Below are positions 49,271 to 56,216 of a DNA stretch of 64,000 nucleotides, in pieces; the first letter of the stretch is position 1, and each line of letters starts with the position of its first letter. The notes under the pieces were generated by a model. That model worked only from the letters and a program-made list of their open reading frames with translations, was not told the DNA's origin and searched no databases. Where the stretch lies: the NCBI GenBank assembly GCA_023250195.1, contig JAHFBF010000001.1, positions 498,422 to 562,421 on the forward strand, given 5' to 3'. This stretch comes from Candidatus Melainabacteria bacterium (GTDB lineage: Bacteria > Cyanobacteriota > Vampirovibrionia > 2-02-FULL-35-15). The position numbers and the translations under genes were made by a program.

Positions 49271-50827
49271 ATGATTTATGTAGTCGGTTCAGGACCTGCA
49301 GGTATATCTTGTGCTCATGCACTCTTGTGCAAAGGACTTGAAGTTACTATGCTGGATTCAGGTATAGAACTTGAGAGTGAGCGTGCAAAGATTCTAGAGA
49401 AATTTGTTAACTCTAAACCAGAAAGTTGGGACTTAGATTCAATTCATACAATTAAAGGAAATACTGTTGCGAGTACCAGCGGTAGTTTTTTTAAAGGTGT
49501 TTATGGCTCTGATTTTCCGTACAGAGAAGTAACTGCATACATCCCTCATGAAGCCAAGAACGTTCAACCAAGAATCTCCCTGGCAAAAGGCGGATTAAGC
49601 AATATATGGGGTGCTGCTGTTCTGCCATATATTGATGAAGATCTTGCCGATTGGCCTTTATCAGTAAAAGAGCTTACTTCTCATTATGAATCTGTGCTTT
49701 CATTTATGGATCTTGCTGCTGTTAATGATGACCTGGTTAATAAATTTCCTCTCTACAGCAAAACTTATAAGCCTTTAAATCCTTCTAATCAGACTATAGA
49801 TCTAATGAAAGATCTTGAATCAAGTAAAAGTATTTTAAACTCCAAAGGTTTTTTATTTGGTCATTCACGTCTTGCTGTAAATTCTAATTGCGTTTACTGT
49901 GGACTTTGTCATTATGGCTGTCCTATAGGTGCTATTTATAATTCTTCCAGCACATTAGAAGAACTTAAAAAAAACAAAAGCTTTCATTATATAAAAGATG
50001 TAATTGTACAAAAGGTTTCAGAGTTAAATAATAAAGTCAATATATCAGCAATTACAAGAACAAAAAATGAACCTATTACCTTTACAGGCGAAAGAGTCTA
50101 TTTAGCCTGTGGAGTAATCTCAACAACAAAAATTTTACTTGAATCACTTGAAGCTTATGATAAAGAGTTAACAATAAAAGACAGTCAGTGGTTTTTAATT
50201 CCTTTAATCAGATACAAAAAGTCCCCTGGTATTGTAAATGAAAATTTATACACACTGTCACAATTGTTTGTTGAATTATTCGATTTAAACTTAAGTAAGA
50301 ATACTATTAATCTTCAGCTCTATATGTACAATGATCTTTTTCTAAATGCAATAAAAAATATTTTAGGTTTCACGTATCCCTTATTTAAATTTCCTGTTAA
50401 CGAACTATTGGATAGACTTATGTTGATTATGGGTTACTTACATTCTGATTCCTCTTCTGCTTTTTCCGTAAAACTTGAAAAGAACACTTCTAAGCTCATA
50501 ATGGAAGCAAAAATCAATAAGAACGTAAACAAAACTATAAATGGTGTCTACAAAAAGATATTTGAGAATAGAAACTTATTTAAAGCAATTCCAATACCAG
50601 GTATTACAAAGATTCCAAACCCTGGCTATGGTTCACATTCAGGTGGTAGTTTTCCTATGAGATTAAAGCCAAAAGATTTTGAGACAGATTCTTTAGGAAG
50701 ACCTTCTGGGTTTTTCAAGGTCCACGTTGTTGATTCCACAGTTTTTCCAAGCATTCCTGCTACTACCATTACATTAACTGTTATGGCAAACGCTTATAGG
50801 ATAGGTTCTGCATATAATGAAATATGA
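49271..50827 (+). CDS. FAD-dependent GMC-type oxidoreductase with an internal CxxCGxCxxGCP motif (paralog 2)
   Basis: Colinear with 35033-36634 at well over half identical residues by eye. VVGSGPAGISCA; CVYCGLCHYGCP at 49888-49923; VHVVDSTVFPSIPATTITLTVMANAYRIG. Confidence 0.7.
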   Translation: MIYVVGSGPAGISCAHALLCKGLEVTMLDSGIELESERAKILEKFVNSKPESWDLDSIHTIKGNTVASTSGSFFKGVYGSDFPYREVTAYIPHEAKNVQPRISLAKGGLSNIWGAAVLPYIDEDLADWPLSVKELTSHYESVLSFMDLAAVNDDLVNKFPLYSKTYKPLNPSNQTIDLMKDLESSKSILNSKGFLFGHSRLAVNSNCVYCGLCHYGCPIGAIYNSSSTLEELKKNKSFHYIKDVIVQKVSELNNKVNISAITRTKNEPITFTGERVYLACGVISTTKILLESLEAYDKELTIKDSQWFLIPLIRYKKSPGIVNENLYTLSQLFVELFDLNLSKNTINLQLYMYNDLFLNAIKNILGFTYPLFKFPVNELLDRLMLIMGYLHSDSSSAFSVKLEKNTSKLIMEAKINKNVNKTINGVYKKIFENRNLFKAIPIPGITKIPNPGYGSHSGGSFPMRLKPKDFETDSLGRPSGFFKVHVVDSTVFPSIPATTITLTVMANAYRIGSAYNEI

Positions 50828-50854
50828 GAATGGGTTTATCATTATAATAGAATC

Positions 50855-51739
50855 ATGAATCAAGAAGAAAAAAAATGCATTATCTCCGGTACAGGTGGCT
50901 TTGTCGGTTCACACATTAAAAACTTTTTTCTTCAAAATGGTTGGAAAGTTTATGAATTAAAACACTCTATTCAAAACGGAAATACAAGCAACAAATATTT
51001 AATACCTTTCTCCTTAGAGGGTAAAATTGACAGTAAAATCTTTCAGAATATAGAAATTCTTATTCACTGTGCTTATGATTTCAAGCAAAGCAATTGGGAA
51101 GATATTTTTAATGTCAATGTTAATGGCAGTATAAATCTCCTTAAAGCAGCAAAATCAGCAGGTGTACAAAAAATTATTTTTATATCTACAATTGCTGCAT
51201 TTGAAAACTGTAAATCCATGTATGGAAGAGCAAAGCTTGAAATTGAAAAAGAGGCTTTAAAATTAGGAGTTACTGTTATCCGACCAGGACTTATTTACAG
51301 CCAAAATGCAGGTGGAATGTTCGGTGCACTAAATAAAGTAATTTCACTTCTTCCGATAATTCCAGTTATAGGAAGCGGAAATAATGTAATGTTTTTAATT
51401 CATATAGATGATTTATGTAAGCTGGTATATAAGCTTTCTACAGGTGAAATTAAAAGTCCCTCAAGTCCAATAATAGCTGCATATGAAAAAGGTAAAACCT
51501 TCAGAAATATTTTAGATATTTTATTAAGCTCCAAAAGCAAAAAAGCATTTTACATGTCTATTCCATATAATTTAGTACTTGCAATGCTAAAAGTACTTGA
51601 AGGTTTAGGATTAAGAATTCGCTTTAGAAGTGACAACCTTATAAGTATGATGAATTATGACCCAAACCCGCATTTTGATCTTGAGGTATCAAAAAGTATT
51701 CAGCTCAGAGATTTTAATATTCAAAGCCTAAATTCCTAA
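50855..51739 (+). CDS. NAD-dependent epimerase/dehydratase family protein (SDR)
   Basis: ISGTGGFVGSH Rossmann motif and YGRAK (YxxxK). 294 aa. Confidence 0.8.
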   Translation: MNQEEKKCIISGTGGFVGSHIKNFFLQNGWKVYELKHSIQNGNTSNKYLIPFSLEGKIDSKIFQNIEILIHCAYDFKQSNWEDIFNVNVNGSINLLKAAKSAGVQKIIFISTIAAFENCKSMYGRAKLEIEKEALKLGVTVIRPGLIYSQNAGGMFGALNKVISLLPIIPVIGSGNNVMFLIHIDDLCKLVYKLSTGEIKSPSSPIIAAYEKGKTFRNILDILLSSKSKKAFYMSIPYNLVLAMLKVLEGLGLRIRFRSDNLISMMNYDPNPHFDLEVSKSIQLRDFNIQSLNS

Positions 51740-51768
51740 GTCAATACTTACAAATATGATGGGGGTGT

Positions 51769-51878
51769 AAATTTTTCGAGGATAGTTGTCATTCCCGCGA
51801 AAGCGGGAATCCAGAAAAGTAACGATTTCGATAATTTACTGGATTCCTGGTCAAGCCAGGAATGACATCCTCGAATTT
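51769..51878. mobile_element. Non-autonomous palindromic element (GTCATTCCCGCGAAAGCGGGAATCC type) with terminal inverted repeats and flanking direct repeat
   Basis: TIRs AAATTTTTCGAGGAT / ATCCTCGAATTT. Core GTCATTCCCGCGAAAGCGGGAATCCAG ... CTGGATTCCTGGTCAAGCCAGGAATGAC. Flanks CTTACAAATATGAT (51747-51760) and CTTACAAAcccaaaTATGAT (51879-51898). No coding capacity. Confidence 0.6.
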
Positions 51879-52016
51879 CTTACAAACCCAAATATGATAT
51901 ATTATATTTTCTGGGCTTGGAAGTAAACGCAGATAAGCGAAAAGCGTTGCGAAGAGCAATACTTTGAGTGCCGGGAGGAAGAGAAAACATTTAAGCCTAA
52001 ATGTTTTCAAAAATAA

Positions 52017-53357
52017 ATGAATATAACAGTTATCGGTCTTGGTTACGTAGGATTAGTTACTGCAGCATGTTTAGCTGAACTTGGACATGAAGTCTTAGGA
52101 ATTGATATTGACCTTGAGAAAATCAAACTCCTGAAAGATGGACAGATGCCAATTTATGAACCTGGCTTAAGAGAACTTGTTTCAAAAAATGAATCGGAAG
52201 GCAGATTAATTTTTACAAATGCTTTTAGTTCTGAAGTTGATAAATCTGATCTTATCTTTTTAGCAGTTGGTACTCCATCAAAAGAAAATGGCGTTCCTGA
52301 TGTAAGTGCAATTTACAAAGCAATTGATTCATTGATTCCATTTATCAAGAAATATAAAATCTTTATTGTAAAATCTACCGTTCCAGTTGGCACAAACTTT
52401 GAAATAAAAAAATATTTACAATCTAAGTTAAATTCTGAATTTGAAGTTGTTTCAAATCCTGAGTTTTTAAAAGAGGGGGCCGCTGTCCAGGATTTCATGA
52501 AACCAGACAGAATTGTAGTTGGCACAGATAATATAAAAGCTTCTGAAATAATGAAAGAGCTTTATTCTCACTTTACAAGAAACGGTCACCCAATATTGAT
52601 CATGGATTTAGTATCAGCTGAAACAGTAAAATATGCAAGCAACTTAATGCTGGCTTTGAAAGTCTCATTTATAAACGAACTCGCTCTGCTCTGCGATTCA
52701 ATAGGAGCAGATATAAGGAGAGTAAGAGAAGGGGTAATAAGTGATCCGCGTATAGGTTCCAATTTTTTATATCCTTCAATTGGGTTTGGCGGCTCATGCC
52801 TGCCAAAAGATGTTCAGGCAGTTGCTCATCTATGTAAAGAAAAATCTATAAATCTTTTAATACCTGAAGCTGTTCTTTATGCAAATGAAAATCAATCAAG
52901 CTGGTTTATAAATAAAATAGCAGGCTGGTTTAAAAGTGGATTAAAAAACAAAACTCTTGCTGTATGGGGCACCAGCTTCAAGGCCGGTACAGATGACATT
53001 AGAGAATCTCCAGCAATAAGGATAATTGAAGGCTTAGCAAAGTTATGTACCAGGCTAAAATTATATGATCCTATTGCCTTAAAAAATACAAAAAAACACT
53101 TCGAAGATTTTCAATTTAAAGACAAAATTGAATATGCAAAAAATGAAATAGATTCAATTAACGGAGCAGATGGGCTTGTAGTCTGTACAGAATGGCTTCA
53201 GTTTAGAAGTCCAAACTTTGAAAAACTTTCATCCTCTTTGAAGGACAAAGTAATTTTCGATGGCAGAAATTTATATGATCCTGAAAAATTAAAGTTATAT
53301 GGACTAAGTCATGTTGGTGTGGGAATCCCTGCTAATAAGGTAAAAGCCGGGGTTTGA
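52017..53357 (+). CDS. ugd: UDP-glucose 6-dehydrogenase
   Basis: MNITVIGLGYVGLVTAACLA, catalytic GFGGSCLPKD, and C-terminal UDP-binding domain (GTSFKAGTDDIRESP). Confidence 0.93.
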   Translation: MNITVIGLGYVGLVTAACLAELGHEVLGIDIDLEKIKLLKDGQMPIYEPGLRELVSKNESEGRLIFTNAFSSEVDKSDLIFLAVGTPSKENGVPDVSAIYKAIDSLIPFIKKYKIFIVKSTVPVGTNFEIKKYLQSKLNSEFEVVSNPEFLKEGAAVQDFMKPDRIVVGTDNIKASEIMKELYSHFTRNGHPILIMDLVSAETVKYASNLMLALKVSFINELALLCDSIGADIRRVREGVISDPRIGSNFLYPSIGFGGSCLPKDVQAVAHLCKEKSINLLIPEAVLYANENQSSWFINKIAGWFKSGLKNKTLAVWGTSFKAGTDDIRESPAIRIIEGLAKLCTRLKLYDPIALKNTKKHFEDFQFKDKIEYAKNEIDSINGADGLVVCTEWLQFRSPNFEKLSSSLKDKVIFDGRNLYDPEKLKLYGLSHVGVGIPANKVKAGV

Positions 53358-53417
53358 CCTGTCATTGCTTCAGGTCTTTGACCCTTGGCAACGATATTCT
53401 GTTGTACAATACTAGCC

Positions 53418-54080
53418 ATGAACCACACCGCACGTACAACATTTCATGATGAGTTGGTTAAACTTCAATTACTTGTTTTGGATCTCGGACAAAAAGTTAA
53501 AGCAAACGGTGAACTCCTGCTTCAATTTCTACAAAACAAAGAAATGGTTAATGCCCTCTTCTTGCAAATCAAGGAAAAAGATAAAGAAATTGATAATGCC
53601 AGGTGGCAGGTACATGATTTTGGAGATCAGTTAATTGTCCTACAACAGCCTGTAGCAAAGGATTTCAGGCAAATAATAACTTCTATCCAAATTACTGATA
53701 ATTTAGAAAGAATTGGAGATCATTTTAAGAAGACTGCTCGTTTACTTGAAAAAGTTTCTTTAGGTGAAAATGAAATTCCTGAAGAAATTATTGAAATGGC
53801 AAAATCAGGATTAAAAATGCTCTCTGAATCAATTACTGCATATTCAGAAATCTTTGAAGGAAAGATTAACAAGATTGCTCTTCTTGATGAACCTGTAGAT
53901 CTTCTTTACAAACAAACTATTAAAAAAATTGTTCTGCTTATTAAAAAAGCCCCTGAAGAACAAATTGATAGCTTATCGAAACTGCTCTTCGTAGCTCAAA
54001 GTTTTGAAAGAGCTGCAGACCATGCTGCAAAAATAGGACAGCTTGTAAACTATGCAATTACAGGCGAAAGAAAGAAATAG
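53418..54080 (+). CDS. phoU: Phosphate signalling regulator PhoU
   Basis: Two PhoU repeats: PVAKDFRQIITSIQITDNLERIGDH and FVAQSFERAADHAAKIG. ATG at 53418 is preferred over the upstream TTG. Confidence 0.85.
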   Translation: MNHTARTTFHDELVKLQLLVLDLGQKVKANGELLLQFLQNKEMVNALFLQIKEKDKEIDNARWQVHDFGDQLIVLQQPVAKDFRQIITSIQITDNLERIGDHFKKTARLLEKVSLGENEIPEEIIEMAKSGLKMLSESITAYSEIFEGKINKIALLDEPVDLLYKQTIKKIVLLIKKAPEEQIDSLSKLLFVAQSFERAADHAAKIGQLVNYAITGERKK

Positions 54081-54084
54081 TAAA

Positions 54085-54543
54085 CTAGCGACTTGCTAAA
54101 ATCTTTTTTACTTCTTTAACCGGATGCTTTAAAACCTTACTTGTATCAAATTTGTGAATTATTCTATGTATTAAGAAATAGGTTGAAAACTTTCTGTTTG
54201 GATTAAAAAATTGATCACATAAAAAGTGGGCTAATAATGAAAGTGTAACTCCTACTCGCCATGGGGTTAGTGAAGGATCCATTGTCAGAAAAAAATATAA
54301 AAGCATAAGCTCATAAGAATGTAGTGGCACATATAATTTCCCACTTACTTTCTCATGATGAGCAGCATTAACTTTTTTCCAATCCCATTTTTTACCATGT
54401 GCATAGAGGTAATCAATAATATGATCAAGATCAATTAAAGTCCCTACTAAAAAGCTTGCAATGGCCGGTCCAAGTTCACCATAACTACCATATATGAACA
54501 TTCCTATTACAGCAGATACTGCTATGTGTCCTGAGGTTCTCAT
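54085..54543 (-). CDS. Membrane-bound metal-dependent hydrolase (YdjM/DUF457-like)
   Basis: A small protein with about 4 TM helices, conserved His residues and the DLDH motif (GTLIDLDHIIDY). Confidence 0.6.
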   Translation of the reverse strand: MRTSGHIAVSAVIGMFIYGSYGELGPAIASFLVGTLIDLDHIIDYLYAHGKKWDWKKVNAAHHEKVSGKLYVPLHSYELMLLYFFLTMDPSLTPWRVGVTLSLLAHFLCDQFFNPNRKFSTYFLIHRIIHKFDTSKVLKHPVKEVKKILASR

Positions 54544-54691
54544 TTTATATCGCTCCGTGTTTTCAAGAAAACACTCCGCTCTTAGCAGACTATCCCTTCC
54601 ACCCGACTAGATTTGCTTTGTTAAATTCATACCCATCACACTTAAATTAGAAACCAAATATGTTAAATTCTTATTAAGAAGGAAGTAAAAA

Positions 54692-55159
54692 ATGCCAATT
54701 GGACATGGATACGATATACACAAGCTTGTTCCTGGAAGAAAATTAATTCTTGGAGGTGTAGAGATTCCTTACAATAAAGGTTTGCTTGGACATACAGATG
54801 CAGATGTTCTTGTTCATGCAATTATTGATGCCCTTTTAGGAGCTGCTGGACTTGGAGATATAGGGAAACACTTCCCGGATAATGATCCAAAATGGAAAGA
54901 TGCCAATAGTTTAGATTTATTAGAGTTGGCTTACCAATCTTTTAAAAACCAAAGCCATAAAATCATAAATATTGATTCTACAATTGTTGCAGAAGAGCCA
55001 AAGATTTCTCCATACATCAGTAATATGAAAGAAGTTCTTTCCCGTGCCATGGAAATAAAAGAAAATCAAATAAATATAAAAGCAAAAACAAACGAAGGTC
55101 TTGATTCAATCGGACAAAAAAATGCAATCTGTGCCTGGGCTGTAGCCTTAATTGATTAA
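54692..55159 (+). CDS. ispF: 2-C-methyl-D-erythritol 2,4-cyclodiphosphate synthase
   Basis: IGHGYDIHKL...GHTDADVLVHAIIDALLGA...GDIGKHFP are canonical IspF motifs. Confidence 0.95.
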   Translation: MPIGHGYDIHKLVPGRKLILGGVEIPYNKGLLGHTDADVLVHAIIDALLGAAGLGDIGKHFPDNDPKWKDANSLDLLELAYQSFKNQSHKIINIDSTIVAEEPKISPYISNMKEVLSRAMEIKENQINIKAKTNEGLDSIGQKNAICAWAVALID

Positions 55160-55333
55160 CAATAAATCGAAGAAGAATTCAACTCAACATAATAATTTCC
55201 GACAAAGAATCTACTAAATATTTACAATGATATCCCTATTATTTACAAAAAGGTTTTGCTAACCCTAAATCATAATATTTACAGTGAGCATAATATTTTT
55301 AAGTCGTAAATTGAATCTAAAGGAGTTTTTAAA

Positions 55334-56212
55334 ATGAGAAAAATAAATATTGTTGTTGCTTTATTAATTATGTTAACTGTAAGTTTTAATCTTATAAGTC
55401 TGAGAGTCTTAAGCCAGACATCATCAGATTCAGTTTTAGATACTTATACAATTTCATTAACAAATAAAGATGGGAAAACAAGTCTTAATAGTCCTACAAC
55501 TGCATTAAACATAACAGTTTTACCAGGTGGACAAAACGTCGCAGGAATTGAAAGCAGTGTCTCGCTTAAAGCTACTGGTGTAATAACTGTACTAACAAAT
55601 GTAGATGCTACAAAAAATCTAATTACAGTTGTGTGGAGTGGTGGGATTTCAGATGGAAAAGCAACTGTAACAGGTATGCTTAAACAAGGCACTACAATTG
55701 CTCCTGATTTTACAGTCGTTAAAGTAGAAAAAGACGGTGGAGCTAATATTACAAATGATTTAAATATAACTGTAAATCTTAGTTCTTCTACAACAGGATC
55801 ATCATCTAGCAGCTCCGGCGGTACTACAACCTCAAGCAGCTCCGGCGGTACTACAGCCTCAAGCAGCTCCGGTGGATCTATAAATCCAAGTATTACCTTA
55901 ACTGTACCTGAAGAATTTGTAGTAAAGAAGACAGGTTTCAACACTTTTAAAGTCAAAGTAATCGGAACAAACTTTACTTCTACATCAAAATGCACAATTG
56001 AGGTTTCTGACGATACCCTACTAAGGGTAAGACCTTTAAAGTTTTTATTAAACAAAAGCAGAAATACAAAAACACTTTTAGCCAGAGTTCCGACTTTAGC
56101 AGCAAAAGATTTAATTAACAATGAGGCATCTGACATTGTTACTGTAGATGTATCATGTACAAATGATGCAAGTGATTCACAAGATATAATACTTTCATCT
56201 GGCAGTCCGTAG
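55334..56212 (+). CDS. Secreted protein with a Ser/Gly/Thr-rich repeat linker and a C-terminal domain shared with the 4027-5982 metalloprotease
   Basis: Signal peptide MRKINIVVALLIMLTVSFNLISL. SSSSSGGTTTSSSSGGTTASSSSGGS linker. The C-terminal ~100 aa align without gaps to the protease C-terminus. Chosen over the antisense ORF 55444-56136. Confidence 0.65.
   Translation: MRKINIVVALLIMLTVSFNLISLRVLSQTSSDSVLDTYTISLTNKDGKTSLNSPTTALNITVLPGGQNVAGIESSVSLKATGVITVLTNVDATKNLITVVWSGGISDGKATVTGMLKQGTTIAPDFTVVKVEKDGGANITNDLNITVNLSSSTTGSSSSSSGGTTTSSSSGGTTASSSSGGSINPSITLTVPEEFVVKKTGFNTFKVKVIGTNFTSTSKCTIEVSDDTLLRVRPLKFLLNKSRNTKTLLARVPTLAAKDLINNEASDIVTVDVSCTNDASDSQDIILSSGSP
55805..55876 (+). repeat. 27-nt in-frame tandem repeat (~2.7 copies) encoding SSSSGGTT(T/A)
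   Basis: TC(T/A)AGCAGCTCCGGCGGTACTACA(A/G)CC is repeated head to tail. Confidence 0.8.
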
Positions 56213-56216
56213 TTTA

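Noticed and set aside
53358-53417. Promoter-like TTGACC ... TACAAT upstream of phoU
   Set aside because: The spacer between the two hexamers is about 21 nt, too long for a canonical sigma-70 promoter, so it is not reported as a feature.
55444-56136. 230-aa minus-strand ORF overlapping the 55334-56212 gene
   Set aside because: The plus-strand frame has a signal peptide and a C-terminal domain homologous to the protease at 4027-5982. The minus frame has neither, and its openness is explained by the repeat-rich, stop-poor sequence.
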